Assembly (NCBI GenBank): GCA_045545475.1 | Contig: JAZQAZ010000020.1 | Coordinates: 1 to 64,000, forward strand | Length of the DNA: 64,000 nt | Source: Clostridia bacterium | GTDB taxonomy: Bacteria; Bacillota; Clostridia; CAKSNL01; HGM11501 | Direction of reading: 5' to 3' | Shown: piece after piece, positions 17,554-26,170 of the stretch | How positions within the stretch are numbered: the stretch's first letter is position 1 | How the letters are laid out: each line of letters starts with the position of its first letter | Program-made: the position numbers and the translations under genes | Notes under the pieces: generated by a model | The model's input: only the letters and a program-made list of their open reading frames with translations | Told to the model about the DNA's origin: nothing | Database searches by the model: none

Positions 17554-18897
17554 ATGACAACAGAAAGTAATAGAATCCGTCTATCCGACCATTTTACCTA
17601 CGGCAGGCTTTTAAGATTTACGTTCCCATCCATGGTGATGATGGTTTTTACATCGTTATACGGCGTTGTTGACGGAATATTTGTGGCAAACTTTGCAGGG
17701 AAAAGCGCCCTTGCGGGAATAAACTTTGTTTATCCTATTCTTAATATCCTTGCCACCTTCGGCTATATGTTCGGCTCAGGTGGAAGTGCCCTTGTTTCAA
17801 AAACCCTGGGAGAAGGTGAAAACAAAAAGGCAAACAGCCTTTTTTCGCTTTTTGTATACATATCCTTTATCCTGGGAGTTGTTTTTGCCGTAGCGGGATT
17901 TTTCCTTCTGCGTCCGCTGATGGCGTTTCTCGGAGCAGAGGGGACTATGCTCGATGAAGCTGTGCTTTACGGAAATATTCTTCTCATATCCATGCCCTTG
18001 TGGAATTTACAGTTCTTGTTTCAGATATTTTTCATAACAGCGGAAAAGCCGAAGCTGGGGCTTTATGTGACCTTGCTTGCAGGCTGTGCCAATATGGTGC
18101 TTGATGCACTTTTCATCGGCGTTTTCAAATGGGGAATTGCCGGTGCGGCAATTGCCACGGCAATTTCGCAGCTACTTGGCGGAGGAGTGCCTTTAATTTA
18201 CTTCTTTATGAAAAACAAAAGCCTTTTAAGGCTGGGGAAAACTCACTTTGACGGAAAAGCCATGCTTAAAGGTACAACAAACGGTGCATCCGAGCTTATT
18301 TCGGGAGTGTCGGGATCATTAGTCGGTATTTTATACAACACACAGCTCCTTAAGTATGCCGGGGAGGACGGGGTTGCCGCCTACAGCATAATGATGTATG
18401 TCGCCTTTATTTTTATCGGCATATTCTTCGGATATGTAAACGGCATATCGCCCGTTATCGGCTATAACTACGGAGCGAAAAACCATATTGAGCTTAAAAG
18501 CCTGCTTAAAAAGAGCTTTACTCTTATTGTCGCTGCCTCGGTTCTGATGCTGATACTTTCGGAAAGCTTGTCAAAGCCGTTGAGCTTTATTTTTGCAGGC
18601 AATGACGAAGGACTTTTCTCGTTGACATTAAGGGGCTTTCGGATATATTCTCTGTCCTTCCTTTTTTCAGGAACGGCAATTTTCGGCTCGGCATTTTTTA
18701 CCGCACTTAACAACGGACTTATTTCGGGAACCATATCCTTTATGCGAACGGTGGTTTTTCAGGTGTTTTGCGTAATAGTGTTTCCGCTCCTGTGGGATAT
18801 AGACGGAATATGGTATTCAGTTCCCGCATCAGAGGCACTTTCTGTGGCGGTTTCTTTAATATTTTTAATTGCAATGAGAAAGAAATATAACTATTAA
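17554..18897 (+). CDS. MATE family efflux transporter
   Basis: SLYGVVDGIFV, N.VLD.LFI..F.WGIAGAAIAT, GYNYGA; about 12 TM helices. Confidence 0.93.
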   Translation: MTTESNRIRLSDHFTYGRLLRFTFPSMVMMVFTSLYGVVDGIFVANFAGKSALAGINFVYPILNILATFGYMFGSGGSALVSKTLGEGENKKANSLFSLFVYISFILGVVFAVAGFFLLRPLMAFLGAEGTMLDEAVLYGNILLISMPLWNLQFLFQIFFITAEKPKLGLYVTLLAGCANMVLDALFIGVFKWGIAGAAIATAISQLLGGGVPLIYFFMKNKSLLRLGKTHFDGKAMLKGTTNGASELISGVSGSLVGILYNTQLLKYAGEDGVAAYSIMMYVAFIFIGIFFGYVNGISPVIGYNYGAKNHIELKSLLKKSFTLIVAASVLMLILSESLSKPLSFIFAGNDEGLFSLTLRGFRIYSLSFLFSGTAIFGSAFFTALNNGLISGTISFMRTVVFQVFCVIVFPLLWDIDGIWYSVPASEALSVAVSLIFLIAMRKKYNY

Positions 18898-18910
18898 AGG
18901 AGAATTTATT

Positions 18911-21082
18911 ATGAAAAAGCAGTTTATAAGGGCAACAGAGGAATTTGCAAGCTTTGAAAAGGGCGTGAACGCACCTTATATAAGAAAAAGCTTCAGCCTA
19001 GATTTTGTGCCCGAAAAGGCAACAATTGATATATCGGGACACGGCTTTTATGTTCTTTTCGTAAACGGAAAAGACATAACAAAGGGACATTTAGCACCCT
19101 ATATAAGCAACCTTGACCATTATATTTATTATGACTCCTATGATGTATCGCCATATCTTGCAAAGGGTGAAAATGTAATAGGCGTAATGCTCGGTAACGG
19201 CTTTATGAATCCCTTCGGCGGCTCCGTGTGGGATTTTGACAAGGTGGCTTGGAAAAATGCACCATGCCTTGCTTTAGAGTTTATGGCCGAAGGAGAAGGA
19301 AAAAGCCTTTCCTTCGATGCAGACGAGTCCTTTAAGTGCCATCCGTCGCCCATAATTTTTGACGAATTAAGAATGGGAGAGCATTACGATGCTAATCTTG
19401 AAATTGATGGCTGGAATATGCCGGGCTTTGATGATTCTGCCTGGAATAATGCACTTTTTGCTGATGCTCCGAGAGGTAAAATGGAAAAGTGCGAAGCAGA
19501 ACCCATATGTGTTCAGTATGAGCTTAAGCCAACAAAATTTTATAAGGTTGATGGCGGATATATCTACGATTTCGGCGAAAACAATGCTGGTGTATGCCGC
19601 TTAAAGCTTAAAAATGCGGCAAAAGGACAGAAAATTGAGCTCTGGCACGCCGAGCTTCTGAAAGAAGACGGAAGCCTTGATATTTCATCCACCATTTTTG
19701 ACCGCCCCACAACACAGTTTTACAAAGAATATTCCCAGAAGGATTTATATATCGCAAAGGGCGAAGACGAAGAAATATACACGCCTTCCTTTACCTATCA
19801 CGGCTTCAGATATGTTTATGTGACGGGCATAACTGATGCGCAGGCAACGGGAGAACTTCTTACATATATCGTAATGAGTACGGGATTTTCCGAAATGGGA
19901 GGCTTTGATTGCTCATCGGAAACCGTTAACACACTTTTTGAAATGGCAAAGCGCTCCGACCGCTCAAACTTTTACTATTTTCCGACAGACTGCCCTCACA
20001 GAGAAAAGAACGGATGGACAGGGGATGCATCAATTTCCGCACCGCATATGACATACCTTTACGATACGGAAAAAAGCTACACCGAGTGGCTTAAAAATAT
20101 CCGTGCCGCACAGACGGAGGACGGAAGAATACCCGGAATCGTGCCCACGGGAGACTGGGGCTTTGCCTGGGGTAACGGCCCTGCCTGGGATTCTGTTTTA
20201 TTCAATCTTCCCTATGAGCTTTATATAAAAAGGGGAAATACAGATATTATAAGAGAAAACAAGTCCGCGATGATGCGCTATCTTACATACATTATGGGAC
20301 GAAGAAGCGAGGACGGAACCATCGCTGTCGGACTTGGGGACTGGGTACCTGTCGGAAAAGGGGCAGACCAGTATGATGCACCTCTTGCACTTACCGATAC
20401 CCTTATGGTAATGAAGTCGGCTCATCAGGCATCGGTGATGTTTGATGCCATTGAAGCAACCTTTGAGGCAGACTATGCAAGAAGCATTGAAGAGGAACTC
20501 AGAAACACTTTAAGGGAAACAATGATAGACTATGAAACAATGACGGTTAAAGGGGCTTGTCAGAGCTCTCAGGCACTCTCACTTTACTATGGGCTTTTCA
20601 CGGAAGAAGAAAAGGATGAGGCATTTTCAAGGCTTCTTGAATTTCTTCATAAGAAAGATGACCGCTTTGATGTAGGATTTTTAGGACTTGCCGTGCTTTT
20701 CGATGTGCTTTCCGATTTCGGAGAAGGAAATCTTGCCTACAGGCTTATTACTCAGGATGGCTATCCTTCCTACGCTCATCTGATTGAAAACGGCGAAACA
20801 ACCATTCCGGAATGGTTTAAGCCTGATGCCGACAGACTTTATTCCCACAATCATCATTTTCTCTGCGACTTTACACGCTGGTTTATCGAGCGTGTAGCAG
20901 GCTTAAAGGTTATAGACAGCGAAAATGTTTTGATTCAGCCGGATTTTATAGACGGTCTTGACTATGCATCGGCATACTATGACCTTCCCGGAGGAAGAGT
21001 TTCCGTTTCCTGGAAAAGGGAAAACGGCAAGGTTAAGGTATCATACAAGGCACCTGCCGGAGTTTCGGTAACAGAAGTATAA
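18911..21082 (+). CDS. Alpha-L-rhamnosidase, GH78
   Basis: YDFGENNAG, FTYHGFRY, PTDCPHREKNGWTGD, GLGDW, SHNH. Confidence 0.93.
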   Translation: MKKQFIRATEEFASFEKGVNAPYIRKSFSLDFVPEKATIDISGHGFYVLFVNGKDITKGHLAPYISNLDHYIYYDSYDVSPYLAKGENVIGVMLGNGFMNPFGGSVWDFDKVAWKNAPCLALEFMAEGEGKSLSFDADESFKCHPSPIIFDELRMGEHYDANLEIDGWNMPGFDDSAWNNALFADAPRGKMEKCEAEPICVQYELKPTKFYKVDGGYIYDFGENNAGVCRLKLKNAAKGQKIELWHAELLKEDGSLDISSTIFDRPTTQFYKEYSQKDLYIAKGEDEEIYTPSFTYHGFRYVYVTGITDAQATGELLTYIVMSTGFSEMGGFDCSSETVNTLFEMAKRSDRSNFYYFPTDCPHREKNGWTGDASISAPHMTYLYDTEKSYTEWLKNIRAAQTEDGRIPGIVPTGDWGFAWGNGPAWDSVLFNLPYELYIKRGNTDIIRENKSAMMRYLTYIMGRRSEDGTIAVGLGDWVPVGKGADQYDAPLALTDTLMVMKSAHQASVMFDAIEATFEADYARSIEEELRNTLRETMIDYETMTVKGACQSSQALSLYYGLFTEEEKDEAFSRLLEFLHKKDDRFDVGFLGLAVLFDVLSDFGEGNLAYRLITQDGYPSYAHLIENGETTIPEWFKPDADRLYSHNHHFLCDFTRWFIERVAGLKVIDSENVLIQPDFIDGLDYASAYYDLPGGRVSVSWKRENGKVKVSYKAPAGVSVTEV

Positions 21083-21095
21083 AAAGGAGCATTTT

Positions 21096-22307
21096 ATGAA
21101 GCTTTCGGAATATATTAAAAGCCATTGGGATGAAACCATAAGAGTTGAACGGGAAGGAAATGAAAACCTCATAGGACTTCCGTACCCTTATTTTGTTTCT
21201 GCCATAAAGGGTATGTTTCAGGAAATGTATTACTGGGGCACATTCTTTTCTTCAAAGGGGCTTTATCTTTTGGGAAAAGAAGAAATGGTTAAAAACAGCG
21301 TGGATGATATGTTCTATATGGTGGAAAAGTACGGCTATATGCCAAACGGCACCCACAGAGCACTGCTTGGAAGAAGCCAGCCTCCCTTATTGTCGGAAAT
21401 GGTAAAGGATTTATATGGGATATATAAAGATCCTGTGTGGCTATATACGGCTTATGGAATATTAAAAAAAGAATATAAATTCTGGATGGAAAAAAGAATA
21501 ACCGAATCGGGGTTAAACCGCTACGGCTTTGATGCAACCGAGGAAAATATCCCCGGTTTTGCCGCTATGCTTAAAGACAGACTTAAGGATCTGGATTTTT
21601 CGGGAATGACAGACAGAGAAATCGTTGAAAATATGATGTGCGATGCTGAAAGCGGATGGGATTTTAATCCAAGATGTGTGCTGCATCAGACAGAATATAA
21701 TTATGTTGACTTAAACGGAATTTTGTACGGCTTTGAAGAAAATATGGCATACTTTGCTTCTGAGCTTTCAAACGGAGAAGAAAATCTCTGGAAAGAAAGA
21801 GCAAAGAAGAGAAAAGGACTTATAAGAGAGCTTTTGTTTGACGGCAAGGTTTTCAGGGACTATAACTTCAAAACGAAAAAGCACTCGGATGTTTTCTCAA
21901 TTGCAAGCTATTTTCTTCTGTGGTCCGGTGCCCTGACGGATGAGGAAGCTTCATTAATGGTGGAAAATCTTTCCCTGCTTGAGTGCGAGTATGGCGTTGC
22001 TACCTGCGACGAGGGAAAAAGGGATACCACCTATCAGTGGGACAGACCCAACGGCTGGCCTCCCATGCAGTATATACTTGTGCACGGTTTGCTTCGCTAT
22101 GGATATGAGGCAGAAGCTCTTCGCATTGCAAAGAAATATGTGAATCTGGTTGAGGATATGTTTGAGAAAACAGGAAAGATATGGGAAAAGTATAATGTTG
22201 TTGAAGGCTCAATAAAGGTAAAGGACGAATATAAAATGCCTGAAATTTTGGGCTGGACTGCAGGTATTTACTTGGACTTCAAGAATCTGCTGGGAGAAGA
22301 ATGGTAA
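21096..22307 (+). CDS. Alpha,alpha-trehalase-like, GH37
   Basis: FQEMYYW, PNG...GRSQPP, AESGWDF, QWDRPNGWPP, EKY, GWT. Confidence 0.88.
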   Translation: MKLSEYIKSHWDETIRVEREGNENLIGLPYPYFVSAIKGMFQEMYYWGTFFSSKGLYLLGKEEMVKNSVDDMFYMVEKYGYMPNGTHRALLGRSQPPLLSEMVKDLYGIYKDPVWLYTAYGILKKEYKFWMEKRITESGLNRYGFDATEENIPGFAAMLKDRLKDLDFSGMTDREIVENMMCDAESGWDFNPRCVLHQTEYNYVDLNGILYGFEENMAYFASELSNGEENLWKERAKKRKGLIRELLFDGKVFRDYNFKTKKHSDVFSIASYFLLWSGALTDEEASLMVENLSLLECEYGVATCDEGKRDTTYQWDRPNGWPPMQYILVHGLLRYGYEAEALRIAKKYVNLVEDMFEKTGKIWEKYNVVEGSIKVKDEYKMPEILGWTAGIYLDFKNLLGEEW

Positions 22308-22401
22308 GGCTTTTTGACACTACTTGACAAAAACATTGCATGGAACGAAGACACAATAAAAGTAAGGGACTGGAAATAAAATCAGAAAAGGGGCTAATTG
22401 T

Positions 22402-23481
22402 ATGTTAAAAACGATTACAAATGTATTAAAGGGAACGAAATTCGGTTCGTATTTAAGAAGAAAAAAATTAAACAAAAAGCTTTTTAATGAAAAAGAAATT
22501 GATAAGTCGATTTCAAAATACATGGGGGAAATATCTTCGCAAAAGAGAGAAGAACTTAAAAAAGATATTTTGGATATGGCTAAAAAATACAGGTTTGGAG
22601 CAGAAGAATATTTTTGCTATCATTTTTATAACTTGCCTGAACGAGACAGAAAAACTTTTATATCGGATTTGAACAGAATTGATTTTTGTGATAAATTAAA
22701 TAAGGCAAAGAATCTTGATATATTTTTTGATAAAGGAAAAAGTGCTAAAGTTTTTGGAGATTACTACGGCAGAGATATTTGTATCGTCAGAAAGAAAAGT
22801 GATATATCAAAACTCAAAACATTTGTCGAAAAGCATAATAAATTTATAATCAAACCCATGACAGGAAGCTGCGGAAGAGGGATAAAGATAGTTCAAGACG
22901 ATTGGAATGAAGAAAAACTAAACAACCTGATTGCTGAGTATATTTCAGGCAAAAACAGTGGTTGTATAATCGAAGAAATATTGGTTCAGGTAGATGAATT
23001 GGCACAATTTCATCCCGGTTCACTCAATACGATAAGGGTGGCAACCGTGAAGTTTGACGAAGGCACAGAAGTAATAGCGGCATTTTTCAGAACAGGCAGA
23101 GGCGGAAGTATTGTAGATAATGCCGGAGCCGGCGGAGTTTTTGGAACAATAGATGTTCAAAGCGGCATTATTGACGCAGTGGGCGACGAATATGGCAATA
23201 CATATAAAACTCATCCTGATAGTGGCATTGCGCTGGAAGGTTTTGAAATTCCACAATGGGAGCAGGCTAAAGAAATGGCAAAAGAGCTTGCGAATGTTGT
23301 GAAAGGAAATCGCTATGCAGGATGGGATTTGGCACTTACTGAAAAAGGCTGGGTTATGATAGAAGGAAATGCTCGCGGACAAATGATATGGCAAATGCCA
23401 AGACAGAAGGGTTTTCTTGCAGAAGCAAATCACATTTTGAATCGACTCGGACTTGAAGAAATGAAAAAATTATCAATCTGA
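22402..23481 (+). CDS. Sugar-transfer-associated ATP-grasp domain protein
   Basis: IIKPMTGSCGRGI, SLNTIRV, VDNAGAGG, HPDSG, GWDLA...IEGN. Confidence 0.82.
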   Translation: MLKTITNVLKGTKFGSYLRRKKLNKKLFNEKEIDKSISKYMGEISSQKREELKKDILDMAKKYRFGAEEYFCYHFYNLPERDRKTFISDLNRIDFCDKLNKAKNLDIFFDKGKSAKVFGDYYGRDICIVRKKSDISKLKTFVEKHNKFIIKPMTGSCGRGIKIVQDDWNEEKLNNLIAEYISGKNSGCIIEEILVQVDELAQFHPGSLNTIRVATVKFDEGTEVIAAFFRTGRGGSIVDNAGAGGVFGTIDVQSGIIDAVGDEYGNTYKTHPDSGIALEGFEIPQWEQAKEMAKELANVVKGNRYAGWDLALTEKGWVMIEGNARGQMIWQMPRQKGFLAEANHILNRLGLEEMKKLSI

Positions 23482-23637
23482 AAAATTAAGCGTTACCGGA
23501 AACGATAATATAATATTCAGGTTTATAAAACGGCGAAGTTAAAGTGTCATACAAAGCGCCCGGGGGCGTTTTGGTAACAAAAGCATAATTTCTCTTATGA
23601 AGAGATATAATACATAAAAAGTAAAGGAGAATAAAAA

Positions 23638-24048
23638 ATGACATTCCAGGAAAAATTTGATGAAATTAAAAAGCTTACCGGAAAGAGAGTTAAGCTTGAA
23701 AGGGAGTTTGCAATTCAGATAAATATGACGGATTCAGACTGCGGCGGTGCATTTTATGCAGCATTTAAGGACGGCGTATTTTCTGTTGAGCCCTATGACT
23801 ATCACGATCACGATGCGATGGTTACAACGGAAAGCTATGTAATTGAAGGTCTTTTAAAGGGTGAAATCACCCCCGAGGATGCTTTTTCAACGGGCAAAGC
23901 ATATGTTGAAGGCGATATGGATGCAGTAAGAGAGCTTCTTAAAAAGTGCAGGAAAAAAACTACAAGAAAGCCTGCGGCAAAAAAGAGTGAAGCAGAAGAA
24001 AAGGCACCTGTCAAAAAGACGCCCGCGAAAAAGAAAAAGGCGGAATAA
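23638..24048 (+). CDS. SCP2 sterol-binding-domain protein with Lys/Ala/Pro-rich basic tail
   Basis: SCP2 pattern AIQINMTD..GGAFY...VEPYDY...AF.TGK..VEGD; tail KKTTRKPAAKK...KKTPAKKKKAE. Confidence 0.8.
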   Translation: MTFQEKFDEIKKLTGKRVKLEREFAIQINMTDSDCGGAFYAAFKDGVFSVEPYDYHDHDAMVTTESYVIEGLLKGEITPEDAFSTGKAYVEGDMDAVRELLKKCRKKTTRKPAAKKSEAEEKAPVKKTPAKKKKAE

Positions 24049-24077
24049 AACCTGTTAAAATTTTCACATCAATGTAA

Positions 24078-24543
24078 AGCCGATGGGAGCCGAACCTCAC
24101 AAGGCTTAAAAACATAAATTTTGCGTAATACTGCAGAAAATCCTGCAAATATACGCCAGTATTATTTTTGAATTTTCTTTGTCTTCCATCAAAATTTAAG
24201 GGTTTTAAGCTCTTCGACCTATGAGTAAAAATCTATACCCATCGAGGGTAAGATTTTTGCTCAAAAATTCCTATGAGTGTCGGCGTTTTGCAAAAACGCC
24301 TATACTCTACAGGAATTTTATCGCAAAAACGCAGGAAAATTTAGTGCAATTTTAATGCGGTATGCGATAAAAATTTTCTTAGACCATTAAGGTTGTGAAA
24401 ATTTTTGAGCAAAAAAACAACAGACTCGATGTCGTTGTTTTTTACTCATGGAAGAAGTGAGGCTGGCGCCTTTCGAGGACGACAAATTGAAAGTGTGCAA
24501 ATTTAACAAGTTTAAGGCTTGTGGTGTTAGACTTCCATCGGCT
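24078..24543. mobile_element. Non-autonomous MITE-like element, 466 bp, imperfect ~33-bp TIRs, TAA target duplication
   Basis: The left end AGCCGATGGGAGCCGAACCTCACAAGGCTTAAA and the reverse-complemented right end AGCCGATGGAAGTCTAACACCACAAGCCTTAAA match at 27/33. TAA flanks both sides (24075-77, 24544-46). The element is absent from the paralogous intergenic copy at 26047-26165, and it has no ORF in the track. Confidence 0.85.
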
Positions 24544-24639
24544 TAAAAAAATAGACACGCTTTTTGCTGAAAAAAGCGTGTTTTTTTGTTGAAATAACTG
24601 AAAATTATGTTATACTATATTATGTGTAAATGTGTGAGG
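24544..24639 (+). repeat. Copy 1 of a duplicated terminator-plus-promoter module (together with 24054-24074, split by the MITE)
   Basis: Near-identical to 26047-26165; contains the hairpin ACACGCTTTTT-GCTGA-AAAAAGCGTGT with T-run and TTGAAA-16-TATACT. Confidence 0.93.
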
Positions 24640-24662
24640 ATATAAAATGGAGAGATTTAAGA

Positions 24663-26042
24663 ATGAAATTATCAACTGATAGAATGTGCTTTCTTACAAA
24701 ACCTTATCTTTTAACAACAAATCCTTCTGAAGAGATGAACATCCTATGGATTCAAAAGGATAAAACGGAAGGTTTTGTGGAATTCGGCAAAGATAAAAAG
24801 CTCGGCACAGTCATAAATGCGGAGTGCTTTGAAATAACGGGGCTTCGTGCACCAAGGGAAGACGGGACATATTCCGACAGGCTTGAAGACCACGAGAAAG
24901 TTTCGGTGTGGCAGTATATTGCAAAGATCAAAGGCCTTAAGCCCGGTGAAACAGTATATTACCGATGCTTCAACAGCTCGGAAAGCTCCGATGTCTATGA
25001 CTTTCATACTGCTCCCGAAATAGGGGAGGGCTATAGCTTTGCACAGTTAAGCGATTTGCAGGGCCTTTCGGATTGCAACGAAACTGTGTATAAAATAGGA
25101 TGTACCCATCCCGATTTCATTCTCTATTCGGGGGATGCAACCTACATAAGCTGGAGGCTTGACCAGTGGTTTGACACAGGGGAACCCTGGCAGGATGAAG
25201 AAACCAAAAAGAAAGCCTTTTTCCCTTGTATGCAACAGGAAAACGGAGCAAGACTTTTGCAGTATGCACCTATGTTTTTCTGTCCAGGTAATCACGAGCT
25301 TGACGATTTGCGTTGCTATGGCAATATGGGCTTCGGAATGATTGACGATAATTGGAACTGGTCAATTTTTATGCAGATGTTAAGGCCTCTTTATCCCGAT
25401 AAAAACACGGGACTTTCCGGAAGACGCTGGTATTCTGCCACATATTCCGATTTACATATAATATCCCTTAACATAAACCGCCTTTGCTTCTGGGATTACA
25501 AAAAAGCACCGGGCTGGAGATTATATGATTCTATTGCTCCCGACAGCCCGCAGATAACCTGGCTTAAAAAAGATTTGCAGGAAGATAAATCCAAGTTCAA
25601 ATGGGTAATTCAACATTTTCATATCTTAAATAAGGGGTGGGACGTGCAATTCAATTTATGTGCCCCTGAGGTTGATAACGAAGGAAACGCCCACTATCCT
25701 CATGACCATGGCGGAATGCTTATGGATTTATACTCCGAAAACGGAGTTAACGCCGTGACCTTCGGACACAGCCATGTTTACGAAAGATACTTCAGAAAAT
25801 CCACTCATTATATTGAGGCGGCTTATCTTTCGGTGTGCTTCCGCCGTGGAGGGGAAGAGCCCCATCCTTCGGGACTTTTACCAATCGTAGAGGATAACTC
25901 TCAGCGCTCTTTTTTAATTGTTGAAAGGAAAGAGGGAGGGCTTTTTGCAACGGGCTATTATGCAAAGGAAAATCCAGTTCCTTTTGACGAGTATAAAATA
26001 GCGGATGAAAACGGAAAAACAGTGCCTCCGAAAGAACAATAA
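24663..26042 (+). CDS. Purple-acid-phosphatase-like metallophosphoesterase with N-terminal FN3-like domain
   Basis: SDLQ, SGD, PGNHE, GHSHVYER; N-domain GLKPGETVYYR; RBS GGAG before ATG 24663. Confidence 0.85.
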   Translation: MKLSTDRMCFLTKPYLLTTNPSEEMNILWIQKDKTEGFVEFGKDKKLGTVINAECFEITGLRAPREDGTYSDRLEDHEKVSVWQYIAKIKGLKPGETVYYRCFNSSESSDVYDFHTAPEIGEGYSFAQLSDLQGLSDCNETVYKIGCTHPDFILYSGDATYISWRLDQWFDTGEPWQDEETKKKAFFPCMQQENGARLLQYAPMFFCPGNHELDDLRCYGNMGFGMIDDNWNWSIFMQMLRPLYPDKNTGLSGRRWYSATYSDLHIISLNINRLCFWDYKKAPGWRLYDSIAPDSPQITWLKKDLQEDKSKFKWVIQHFHILNKGWDVQFNLCAPEVDNEGNAHYPHDHGGMLMDLYSENGVNAVTFGHSHVYERYFRKSTHYIEAAYLSVCFRRGGEEPHPSGLLPIVEDNSQRSFLIVERKEGGLFATGYYAKENPVPFDEYKIADENGKTVPPKEQ

Positions 26043-26046
26043 CACC

Positions 26047-26165
26047 GTTAAAATTTTCACATCAATGTTAAAAAATAGACACGCTTTTTGCTGAAAAAAG
26101 CGTGTTTTTTTTGTTGAAATAACTGAAAAATTATGTTATACTATATAATGTATAAATGTGTGAGG
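26047..26165 (+). repeat. Copy 2 (uninterrupted, empty site) of the terminator-plus-promoter module
   Basis: GTTAAAATTTTCACATCAATGTTAAAAAATAGACACGC...TTGAAA-17-TATACT...AAATGTGTGAGG. Confidence 0.93.
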
Positions 26166-26170
26166 TGAGC

